The translations under genes were made by a program, and so were the position numbers. DNA of 64,000 bases, taken from the NCBI RefSeq assembly GCF_009914755.1, contig NC_060932.1. One strand, given 5' to 3'. Positions 13,570 through 24,617 of the stretch are shown here, piece by piece. The notes under the pieces were generated by a model, which saw nothing but the letters and a program-made list of their open reading frames with translations, was not told the DNA's origin and made no database searches. Within the stretch, counting starts at the first letter, position 1; every line of letters begins with the position of its first letter. The DNA comes from the human T2T-CHM13v2.0 reference genome, Homo sapiens.

Positions 13570-14555
13570 GCAGGGGACAGAAAGGCTCAATCAGGGACCC
13601 CGCATGGCCTGGTGGGCACGAGGGAAGATGCGGTCATGGGGCAATCCCATGCTGTCCCGGGCTGGGCTCCACCCACAGACGTGCAGCTAGAGTGTCCCCG
13701 AGGAGCTGAGTCTGCCCAGGAGCACTCTGCCGCGGGGGTGCCAAGGGAAGTGCCAGCTCAGAGGGACCATGTGGGCGCAGGCACCCAGGCGGCGCCGGGA
13801 GGCCTCTCGGGACTCCAGGGCTGTCCCTCCCGCAGGCTGTCCTTCCACCTCCACCCCAGGCCAACGCCCTCCCGCCAGCCCAGGGTCCTGTGTCCTCGAG
13901 TCCTTCCTGGGCACCCTGGTCCCATCCTTAGCCCTGCCCGAGGGGCCCAGCCCTGCTCCAAAAGGGCTGTGGCTCCACCCACAGGGCCCGCCCCTCAGCC
14001 TGGGCACCGGCATCTCCCCACCTTTTGTTCTCCAAAGGCTCTGCCCCATGCCCTGCCCCACCCCAGCTCCAGTGATCTCTTGAAACCTCCCACCCCACCT
14101 GGACCTGTCACTCCAGAGAAGCCTCTGCCACCTCCTGCTGGCTCCTGAGGTCCCGCCCTCCCTCCACAGCCATCCACCAGGCTCCAGCAAGACCCCAGCC
14201 CTCTGAAGCCCTGGTCTCCTGCCTCAGCCTGGCCCTGCATCCTCCTCTGCCTGTCCTGGATCTCACATCTGCGAGCACCACGGCCTCTGGGCTATTGCCC
14301 CTCTGAGCCCACACCCTGCCCCGGGGGCCGCAGGCTCAGCAGACGTGTGGCAGTCCTGCCAGGAGCCGGGTGCAGGCCAGGCAAGGCTGTCTCTCCCCCA
14401 TGGGCCCTGGTCCTCCGGCTGCAGCCCCGGCATGCCCTGCGCCAACCCCTTCCACACACAGCTGTACGACTGGCCCTGAGCAGAGCAGCAGGTGCCTCAC
14501 CTCCATCCCCACCACTCCTGCACGTCAACTGCCTCCACCCAGGCCTGTCCCCTTC

Positions 14556-14960
14556 TGCACCAGATTGAATTATGTCCCTAAAAACGTATGTCTAAGTCCT
14601 AATCTACAGTCCCTGTGAATGTGACCTTATTTGGAAATAGGATCTTTGCAGATATCACCCAGTTAAGGTGAGGTCATACCGGGCTAGGATTGGCTGTTAT
14701 CCAACATAACTAGTGTCCTTATAAGAAGACACACAGGGAGAGGGCGGCCGTGTGACGACAGAGGCAGAGATTGGATCTATAAGCCAAGGAATTCCCAGGA
14801 CGCCTGGGGCCCCAGAAGCTGGAAAAGGCAGGCAGGATCCTCCCCTCGAGCTCCGGAGGAAGTGCGGCCCTGCCCACTCCTCGCCTTCCGGCTTCTGGCC
14901 TCTAGAGCTGTGAGAGCAATTTCCTGCTCTTTAGGCCCCTGGTCAGTGTTCTGCACCCCT
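14556..14960 (+). mobile_element. MaLR (MLT1-type) solo LTR in EPPK1 intron
   Basis: Typical MLT1 motifs gaatgtgaccttatttggaaatagg...gcagat...aaggtgaggtcata and ggcctctagagctgtgagagcaatttc. Confidence 0.8.
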
Positions 14961-17900
14961 GCGCCCACCCACCCAGGAGCAGGGTCTGCTCCCCGTTTTC
15001 TCAGCACTACGGGCCCCAGTCCCTCTCTTGATTCTCCCCCTCATTCCAGCTGGAACCTCCCTCTGCTCAGCAGCCTGTCCATGACAACCTTTCCCTACCT
15101 CTACACAAGGTCTCAGGAGAAGGGTCGGATCCCACGTTTGACCCCCACCCCCACTCCACCGCTCTTGAGGCAGCCACCACCCCCGGCTGCCAAACTCGAC
15201 AAATGCATTTTGGAGCTGGCCCCCACCCACCTCCACCACATGGGCTATGGGGGCTCCCCTCTCCAGTGACAGGGTTCCGCTCCATCTTCGTTCACCCATT
15301 AACTCTGAGACCTCCTCCCACCTACCCTCAGCTCCCCAAATCTGCAGCAGGAGCCCAGCCTGTCCTGGGTCCCAAAACCATGTGCCCAGCTGCCTCCTGG
15401 AGGTCTCACAGGCACCCCATGCTGCTCATGCTCTGGAACATGCAGAGCCTAACCCTAGAAGGCACTGGGTCCTCCCCATCCCCTCTCCCCATGTCTGGTC
15501 TCACGAAGGGCATGCTCCAGGGGCAACTCTGAGGGCTGTCGAGGCTCGTAGATGCCCCTCAGGACCACCTGTTAAGACTGCAGCCCACCTACCCACCTTG
15601 GCAAAACCCTGGCCCTCTCCCTTCCCTTCTGCAGATACTGGTCCCGGGCCTCCTCCAGGCATCCTGCTGCTGACAGGCTGCTCAGAGCCTCAGACACGGA
15701 GCTGGGACCAGGAGGGCTCACCATCACCTCACTGGCCGAGTGCAGAGAGCCAGGGCTCCAGGAAGCAGCATTGCAGCTCAGCTGTCCCGAGGGACCGTGC
15801 TCAGGACACAGTGTCAGGTGGCTGGGAAGACGTGGAGGATTCAGAGGACCATGGAGTAGGGCTGCTGGTAAACGACCAGCATTGGAGAAAGCTCACAAGA
15901 GGCTGCAGACGTCTGGCCAGCTGGCCGGTGCGCCACAGGGATGCCTGGGCGCTTGTCTTCGTGGTGCAATGGGCCACGGGCCCGCTGGCCACATCACAGT
16001 CTGCCCCAGCCAAAAGCTGCTGGCCTGACAGGATGTAGGAATCACTTCCTGAAGGCACAGCCGGGGTGCCAGCTCCCCAGTGACGCCTTGCAGGCTAGGG
16101 CACCATTCTCCAGGAAGTCGGCTATACCACTCCAGAACGTGGCTTCCCATGTGCGTGTGTCCCAGGAGGTGGGTCACAGGGGCCCAGGAACCAAGGCCTG
16201 GCACAGTGGCCCCACCCCCCACCCCCCACTGACCTATGATGGAGCTTGGGCTCCTCGACCCCACAGCTCTGGGGCGGGTGGGCTTAGATGTCCTGGTCCC
16301 TGGAGTAGGAACACTTCTGCCAGGGGACACAGCTAGTGTCACCAAGCCAAAGGCTATGCTGCTCCCAGGCCCATCATGTCCCAGGAGCAAGCAGCCAGGA
16401 GGAGGCTCCCATCTGGCAGGGGACAGGCCTGAGCACCAGGAGGCGGCACCACAGGGGCAGACAGGGTGCAGGGACCTGGTGTGCCCTGCCTGGTTCTCAT
16501 GGTAAATAGAACATCACCCCCAGCCCTAGAGGGGACCCTCAGGGAAGAGGACCTGGTCACACCTGACAAGCCCTGAGCCAGCAGGCGCGCCCGGGTTGAG
16601 GGCATCCAGTCTGGAGGACGGGGAGGCAGCCCCAGGGGCCAGGTCCACCCTGCAAAACTTGTTTCTGCACTTCCCCAGGAAGAGGCCAGGCTCAAGGGCA
16701 CAGCCTGACCGGGGTGGCTACGGGGCTGTCCAGATCTGCTTCTGGGGGGTACATGAGACGGCAGGACAGGCCAGCTTCTCCTTCGTCCACCTGCTTCCTC
16801 CTCCCTTCCCTTCCTGAGGTCATCCTGAGACCACTCCCGGTTACCCCTGCCTCAGACAGACTCTGCTTCTGGGAACCCAGCCTGGGCGCTTTTGTGTCCA
16901 CCTCTACTGGCACCTGCCTCCCCTAGGGCTGGGCCCTCTCCAGCACGCCTCGTTCCAGGACCCTCCAGGATCTGTGAGCCTAAGGCAGCCACTCACTATG
17001 GCATCCAGGCCAGACGAGGGGCTTCTAGGGGGTCAGGGCCCTGCCCTGTCCCCTGACATCCGGCCAGGGATGGCGGTGAGGAAATGAGAGGAGCACCTGA
17101 TTTCCCAGCAAGGGGGAGGGGCAGTGCGGGCCAGGGTGGGGCAGGGCCAGCGAGGGCGGGGCAGGGCCAGTGAGGGTGGGGACAGCACCTTGGGCGGGCC
17201 CCTGACCTGCGCACAGGCCGCCAGCCCAGACAGGCCGCGTGCTAAGCGGGCCTCGTAAGCTCAGGCAAGTGGCTCAAGTTCCCCAAACAAAGAGGAGATC
17301 CAGGGAGGAAGGCTGGAGACAGGGCGCTTGGGAGCAGGGAGTCGGGGGCAGGCTTGCCCTGCGTGTGTGAGTGTGCCTGCCAGTGCATGCCCCGCACCAT
17401 GCGTGAGATGCGGCCTGTGGCTGGCTGCACCACTCCCTATCTCTTCCTGACCTTGGGCCTGGTATGAACCCCTCTGGGCCCTGCCCCTTCCCTGGGCCCT
17501 GCCCCTTCCCAGGCTTGGCAGGAGGAAGGCCCGGGAGTGGGTGTCTTGACTCCATGTGGGGCCTGGGAGGGCAGCTGGACAGAGGGTCCGGAGCGAGGGG
17601 GGGCAGGGGGTGCAGCTTCGAGTGTGGGGGCATCTGGAGGAGGTGGCTGCTGCCTAGGAGAGCACGGGGTCAGGGTTAGGGTGATGGGGTGGGGAGGAGG
17701 CCGAGCAGATTTCCCCGGAGCCTGAGGCACAAAGGGCCCCTCCTGTGGATTCCCCACTTCAGGTGGCCCCCAGGCCCCAAGTGGTGGAGGGCCGTTCCTG
17801 AGGAGGGTGGGTCTGCATCTCTTGGGTGAGGTCACTGTCTGTCACCAGACTGCCCGGCAGGCCCCCACCGCAGCCTGGGACAAAGGTTGGGGAGGCTGCA

Positions 17901-18618
17901 GCCGCCTGCCTGAGTCAGGTCAGGACAGACCCTGGCAGCTGCCTGGGCCCACACAGGAGGCAGCAGCCTTAGCTTCTGCCCGGCTGTGTGCCCTTGTGGG
18001 AAGACCCCACCCACCTGCAACCTGCACCATGATCAGAGATCAGTGGCCCCAATAACAAGCTTGGCACAGTGCAGCGGGGGCCCAGGGCAGGGAAGCAGAG
18101 CCCTGGGCCCAAGTGATGAACAGGGCCCTTCCTGCCTCTGCCTCCCACGGGTCTCCAGGCGACCGTGTGACCGCTTACCTGACCCGGAGTGGCCACCCCT
18201 GGGACCGCTCACCCAACAGCAGGCAGCTTCCCCGGATCCGTGACGCCTCCCTCCCGGCAATGTTGCCAGGAGTCACCCCTCTCAATTTGTCGGCCTAGCT
18301 GCCTCCTGGCCTGGGCGTTCCCCACCCTGCAGAGCGTGCCCCGGGCGGTCCTCGCTGCAGGGAAAACCGCTGGGCCTGCGAGACCCCCGCCCCTGGCCGC
18401 CTCTCCCGTGAGGGCTCGGGGCCGGCGCCTCCTCTTCACCGGCGCCCGGGACTCAGGGGCGCCACTTCGGACTCGGAGCTCAAATTGCCCAGGGCGGGAA
18501 ACCTGCCCGGCCAGAGCCCAAGACCCCGCTGGCCGCCGCGCCCCTACCCTGGCCTCGGCGTGCGGCTCCAGCGGGGATCCGGTTTCCTTCGGCGGCCGCC
18601 GCCCCGCCCGGCCCCGAG

Positions 18619-18720
18619 CCCGCACCCGCACCCGCCGCACCTGCCCGCACCCGCCGCACCTGCCCGCACCCGCCGCACCCGCCGCACCCGCCGCACCCGC
18701 CGCACCCGCCGCACCTGCCC
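18619..18720. repeat. GC-rich minisatellite (CCGCCGCAC)n interspersed with CCTGCCCGCAC
   Basis: Directly visible 9-bp units at the exon 1/intron 1 junction. Confidence 0.9.
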
Positions 18721-18746
18721 GCTCGCCGCTCGGTCCGCAGTGTCTC
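18715..18746 (-). other. EPPK1: Probable short non-coding first exon of EPPK1
   Basis: About 25 nt downstream of the TATA-like box: ...gcgagcgggCAG|GTGCGG donor (GT at 18713-18714). The TSS is approximate. Confidence 0.6.
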
Positions 18747-20247
18747 CGCGCGCCCGCTCCGCCCGCATTTCAAGCCCCACAGGCCCCGCCCCCGTCTAGG
18801 GCGGCGCCCAGGTCGGGGCCCCGACGCGGGGCGGGGCGGGGCGGGCAGGTGCCGGAAACCCCGCGCGGCCCGGGCCTGGCGCTTGCACCCCGGGCAAGGG
18901 GCGGCGGCTGGGCAGCCGGGACCCTCCCCTCGTCCCCAGCAGGGAGTCACCGCGAAGGAACGCAGGGCGGGCGCGGAGGCGTCCTGTGCCCTTCAGAACA
19001 GCTTTTTTTTTTTGGGAAAGGAGTTTGGAGTGAAACGCGGACCGGCCAGAGCGGCGGTTTCTATCCCCACAAGCCACTAATGCGGTGCGGGCTGGTGTCC
19101 CTGCCTCCAGCCCCGACCCCACCTTGTCTGCTCAGCTTCCTGGGGACGCTGCTTCACGTCGTGTGTCTGCTGGGTCCAGGGGTCTTCAAGGCTCTCCTTG
19201 GCAGGCCCCCCTGCCCCCATGACGTTGTAAGAGCTGGGATGTCCTGCCTGGAGCAGTGCCAGGCCTCACCCCCCGGTCTGGCTCCTCCACCTGGGCACAG
19301 AGAATGTTCCCTGTCACCCTGGGAGTACCTGGTCCCCTCTCTGAAGCCCATCCTGGCACCCACCTTCCAAGGCTGGGGCATGCCAGAGACACTGGGCATG
19401 GAGGCTCACAGCCTCGGGGGCTGGCCTGGGGGCAGCCTCAGCCTGGCACGGGAACCTTCCATGGATCTTCTGGAGGGCCCTCCCCTTGGCTGCCCCGATA
19501 TCCCAGGTGGGCAGGGCCACGGAAGTACAGGGCCCAAAGCCCCTCCTCCTCTGTCCCCAAGGCCCCTCCTCCTCTGTCCCGTAGTCCTGGAGGTCCTGAG
19601 GGCTCAGGTGCTCCCCACCCCCACAAGTGCCCCCTTCTCCCAAGCTCCAGCCCCCACCTCTGCCTGAGTCATTCTTGACCAGAAAATCATCCAGAGCCAG
19701 CCAGCCACCTCCAATGCACACCATGAGGGTAATTGCAGGCGCCCACGCAGGTGCAGGAGGGACAGGTTAGGCCTTCAGGGGTTAGGGTGCTTGGGACCAC
19801 TGCCCTGGCTCTGCTCTCACCCACCCACCAGGTCCACACTCACACCTGCTCACCCAGGCTGCCTGGACCCTGTCCACACCTGCCACACTGGCCGCACAGC
19901 ATGGCTGCTGCCGACTGCGGGGCCCTGACCCCAGAGGAGCTCTGGTGGAACCCGCATTTCCCCAAGGCACTGCCAGGCCAACCGCATCCATCCCCAGCCC
20001 TGCTCACCGGATGCCTGGACACTGTCTGTGTGGTCTTGCTGGGAGGCATGGTGGTGCTGGCTATGGCCTGTGGCCTGGAGCACACCCCAGAGCCACTTCT
20101 TCCTGCGGTGAGCCATTGCAGGCAGCGCCCCTGCCAGGCCACAAAACCTGGGTGTATGCCAGCCCCTCGCTGCAAGAAGGGGGTGTTAGGCTGGCCAGAC
20201 CAAGCCTTCTTGTGTGCCCAGGGACGGGCCACATGCCTGTCTGCTCC

Positions 20248-20432
20248 TCACCCCTCCGGTATAGGCAGGTGGCACAGAGCTGGCCCTGCTCCGCTGCACC
20301 CATTTCTGCCCGTCACCCCTCCAGTATAGGCAGGTGGCACGGAGCTGGCCCTGCTCCGCTGCACCCATTTCTGCCCGTCACCCCCCTGGTATAGGCAGGT
20401 GGCATGGAGCTGGCCCTGCTCTGCTGCACCCA
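20248..20432. repeat. 65-bp tandem repeat, ~2.8 copies
   Basis: gtataggcaggtggca... recurs at 20259, 20324 and 20389. Confidence 0.9.
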
Positions 20433-21607
20433 CTGGCATCTGTCCCCTGGCTCCTCTCCCTCGGCTTTGTCTTCCTGTGACTCCAGATCCCCTGCCCTGT
20501 GGTGGCCCCCAGCCCAGTGACCTCTGGGGACACCTCTGGGGGCAGACTTGGGTGCCTGCCCTACTCCCCAGGTCCCTGGGCCACTCCCAGTCAGGGCTTC
20601 TGGGAGCCACCACCTCCCCAGGGGCTCCAGTCCAGTGCTTCAGCCCAGCAGTCCCCGGAGCCACAGGCCACTCCTCCAGCCCCCAGGCCTGGGCCTATAC
20701 CACCTACACAGCAAGGAAGGGCATCAGGGAGGGTGTCAGGAGGTGAGCGAGAGGGCTCCCATGCCCAGTACTGCCCACGGCTCTACCCACCTCCTCCTGG
20801 CACTGGCACCTAGCTTCCCCCTGCAGGTCAGGGAGGCTCTCAGAAGACCTGGTCCAAGGAGGGAGGTCCCAGAGCCCCAAGACCAGTGCCCACGCTGCCC
20901 CTGGGCTGCTCCATGGAGTCACCGTGCTGGTTGGAGCCTTTGGCCAGGATCCCCATTGGTCCCTTGGAGCCTGGCATGGCCCAGCTCGAAGGGGAGTGCC
21001 CGCCATTGCTCCATAAAGCATCTGGGAGCAGGGTGTCCCCTCCACGGCACATGGCCCAGAGAGGAGACAGGGCAGATGCAGGCAGGATGGAGGGCCCGGC
21101 GGGAGCGGGTGGGACAGAGCTGAGCAGCAGGCTGACCTCTCCACCAAGGGCCTGGACATAGCAGCCGGCAGCTCCAACCGCAGGCCCAGGTACAGGGGGC
21201 GGGCAGCCTTGGGGGTGAGCCTTCCTCTCAGGCTGGGTGCCCTCACAGCAAAGACATGGGCTGCTCTCCCAGTGGCTCTCAGGGGACACCTGCCATCAGG
21301 GGAGCCCAGTGATGCAGCTGCCTCCGGGGGCAGGGAAGGGCTGAGGTGGGGGTTGGAGCCCTGCTGCCTCTGTCCCCCACGGAACCACCCCCCACATCCC
21401 AAATTCTCTTTCTCCACACCCTCCTCGCTGTGCGTCTCACTGATCCCCCATCCCCAGTCAGCCAGGGTGATGACACGGGCTGGCCCAGCTTCTCCTGCCC
21501 AGGCCTCGGAAGCCGGCCGGCACGAGGAGCACAGCCTCTGCCTGCCAAAGGCCCCCATGCTGCTCGGTCAGGGCCAGGAGAGGAAGGGCCAGAGGATTCC
21601 TCCCAAC

Positions 21608-22010
21608 TGTGGCTTGAACTCCATCCCCCAAATTCCTACGTCGAAGTCCAGACTCCAAATCCTCTGGGAATGTGACCTTCTTTGGAAGCAGGGTCGTTGC
21701 AGATGCGGTTAGTTGGGATGAGGTCATGCTGGAGTAGGCGGGCCTCATCCCATGTGCCTGGTGTGCTTTCAAAAAGGGGCATCGGACACAGACGAAGACC
21801 CACAGAAAGGGAAGATGATGTGAAGATAACAGGAAGAAGATGCCGAGGAGAAGCCTGGAGCTGGGTCTCACCTCATAGCCGCTGAGGGAAATAGCCCTGC
21901 CCACATTTCCATTTTAGACTCTGGCTTGGAGAGCTTAGGGTCGATAGTTTCTGTTGTTTGAGTCACCCCATTGGTGGTGGTTGGTTAGGGCAGCTCCGGG
22001 AAACTCAAAC
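21608..22010 (+). mobile_element. MaLR (MLT1-type) solo LTR
   Basis: gaatgtgaccttctttggaagcagggtcgttgcagatg...gatgaggtcatgctggagtagg; ends ...gttagggcagctccgggaaactcaaaca. Confidence 0.75.
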
Positions 22011-24082
22011 AGTCCCCAAGCCAGGGAAATAAGCCAGGGAGAGCAAGGGCAGAGGGGGCCGCAGGGTCCAGGTGTGAGGCAAACCCAGCTTCTCCCATTT
22101 TATAGAAGACAGAGGAGGAGGAGGGGGAGGAGGAAGGGGAGAAGGAGGGGAGGAGAAGGGGGAGGAGGAGGGGAGGAAGGCTCAGCCAGGACGGAACCCA
22201 CTCTGGGCCTCGAGGTTGCATTAAACACAGGAAAGGAGGCCCCAACCTGTATCTCAGAGTGAAATTTTTTCCTATCTTGCTCCAAATGTATATTCTTTCC
22301 AGTTGCCACATAAATGGAAGTCATACGTAGCAATACCATGCTCTTAACTGGGAATTCTACTTGATTGAAAAGGTAGAAGGCACACCCAGGTACCCAGGCC
22401 CTCTCTGCCCCACCCCAACACAGTTTAGAGGCTGGGTAGTGCTGTTCTGAGAGGTGCTGTCCTTGGGCTGGCTAGACCCACCTGTGGGGGCAGCCAGGAC
22501 CACCTGTACCTCCAGCTCTGACCCCATGGGAGAGCAGCACAGCCATGCATGGGGGATTGCAGTTGTTAGAAGGATGGGAGCTGAGCCATGAAATCGGCAC
22601 CAGAAATCGCTGCTCAACCCCGCCTGTCCCTGCCTTCCTTCTCCCCTGCCATACCCTCTTCTCCCTAAAGGGTGGGTGTCCTCTGGCTAGGCCCCTCCCA
22701 GCAGCTCCAGCCCAGAGCGTCCAAGTTGTCCAGCCTGCCCGTGGTCATCTCTCCTCCCGAGGGACTCTGGGGTGACTTCCTCCCTCCCTCAATCCTCCAA
22801 GGCACCTGCAAGGCTGGGGCCCAGCGGCCCTCTGGCCAAAGCCTCTCCCGCAGCCCCACCAGGCTTGCTGGCCTGGCCCCCAGGTGGCCTTCAGCCCCGT
22901 GTCCTGCTGCTGAGGCCCTGACCAGGGTTCCCCCAGGGATTCCTCCTCTGCCTAAAACACAGCTGGGGAGAGACAGTGCCACCTGAGTGCCAGTCTTGGG
23001 CCTGGCACCCTCCCCACCTGGCCCCAGTCCCCTCCAGAGCCTGACACGGGCAATCTCTAGGTGCCTGGTAGGAAGTGCTGTCTCGGGGCCACCACTGGGT
23101 GTGCCGCTGCCTGGCCGGGGGCTTATGCCTCCCATGCCATACTGGCCACCCGGGCCCTCAGCTGGGGGGGAGCCAGCATCGTCCTGGGCGGCCTGGCCTG
23201 GGGACTGAAAGCCCTCGGCACTCCCAGCCACCCTTGCTGCTCAGGGCTGTGAGCTGCAGCCGCCCCAAAGGGTACAGGCAGGTGGAAACCCTTCCTCTGG
23301 GGTGGGCCAGGTGGGCGCAAACACCTGCTCCTGGTTCTTGAGTCCTTGACGTTCAGAGGCTGCTCCTGCCAGTGTGATCTGGGCCTCCAGGCCTGCTGGG
23401 GATGAGGGCTCAGCAGACCCCATCCTTGGGGCACAAAGCAGCTCCCGCTGGGCACAGGCAGCACCATCCTTGGTCAGCCTCATGCAGTCCCGGAGCCGCT
23501 GCAGCGGCTGCTCCACCAGCTGAGCTTCATCCCCTGCCACGCCACAGGGAAGGGGCCAGGGGCCAGGGGCCAGGGGCCAGGGGCGGGGACACGGGCATTG
23601 GGAGGGGGCCTTGGACTGGGGGCCTGGGACGTGTCCCCCTGGGGCAACATCACAGACATCAGCACCAGGATGGCGCCCCAAGGCATGGCGGATGAGGGGC
23701 TGGGGAGGGGCTTTTCTGGAAGCACTCGGGACTCCTTGGGGGTCCAGCCAGCCGGGCTGAGGGACAAGGCTGAGGGCCCCTTACCCATGAGCAGCTCCAC
23801 CAGCCTCCGGCCTGTCTACAAGACCTTCACGTCCTGGATCCGCGCGGCAGCCTCGTCACACACATGCTGCAGACACAGGCTGGGGGCACATGTGTGCTGG
23901 GGACATGGAGCCCTGCGCAGCCTGCCGCCTCTCCCTGGGCCCAGTTCCTACCTGCAGGCACTGTACGGCCCCTCCTGGCCCTCGGGCTCCAGCCGCCCTG
24001 CCACAGCGCAGCCAGGAGAGTGTCCTGGCCACTTCGAAGCTGTGGGCTGCCAGGAAAAGTTGCTCCAGGACCCCCGAACTCC

Positions 24083-24617
24083 GGACCAAGACCGGGCAGC
24101 CGGCATTGCCCTCCCCACATGGTGCCCTCCCCACATGGTGCCCTCCCCGCACAGGTGCCCTCCCCACACGGTGCCCTCCCCACTCACGCCCCCCACAGCC
24201 TCACCTGGGGACCAAGACCGGGCACCGCAGGGCCCTCCCCGCACGGGTGCCCTCCCTGCTCATGCCGCCCACAGCCTCACCTGGGGACCAAGACCGGGCA
24301 GCCGGCAGTGCCCTCCCCACTCACGCCCCCCACAGCCTCACCTGGGGACCAAGACCGGGCAGCCGCAGGGCCCTCCCCACTCACGCCCCCCACAGCCTCA
24401 CCTGGGGACCAAGACCGGGCAGCCGCAGGGCCCTCCCCACACGGTGCCCTCCCCGCTCATGCCCCCCACAGCCTCACCTGGGGACCAAGACCGGGCAGCC
24501 GCAGGGCCCTCCCCACTCACGCCCCCCACAGCCTCACCTGGGGACCAAGACTGGGCAGCCGCAGGGCCCTCCCCGCACGGGTGCCCTCCCCGCTCATGCC
24601 CCCACAGCCTCACCTGG
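24083..24617. repeat. VNTR with ~60/79-bp units (cacagcctcacctggggaccaagaccgggcagccgcagggccctcccc...)
   Basis: About 7 copies of cacagcctcacctgg with internal ggtgccctcccc sub-repeats; fills one pseudogene intron. Confidence 0.9.

Larger units (their letters stand above)
18190..19100 (-). promoter_or_regulatory. EPPK1: CpG-island promoter of EPPK1 with GC boxes and a TATA-like TTGAAAT
   Basis: Very high CpG density; ggggcgggg repeats at ~18827-18846 and ccccgcccc at ~18784; TTGAAAT on the minus strand at ~18768-18774. Confidence 0.8.

Noticed and set aside
18189-19667. 492-aa plus-strand ORF across the CpG island
   Set aside because: Non-ATG start, low-complexity Pro/Ala/Arg translation of GC-rich promoter and minisatellite.
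19314-19724. 136-aa ORF beginning with the GAR motif as a standalone gene
   Set aside because: Homology stops at the splice donor (19657); the remainder is intron-like read-through.
19840-19945. Expected second EF-hand and first GAR exons of the fossil gene
   Set aside because: AG/GT sites are present but I could not obtain a convincing translation match, so they are not called.
24083-24617. CRISPR-like repeat/spacer appearance
   Set aside because: Eukaryotic DNA, and the 'spacers' are themselves repeat variants; it is a minisatellite.
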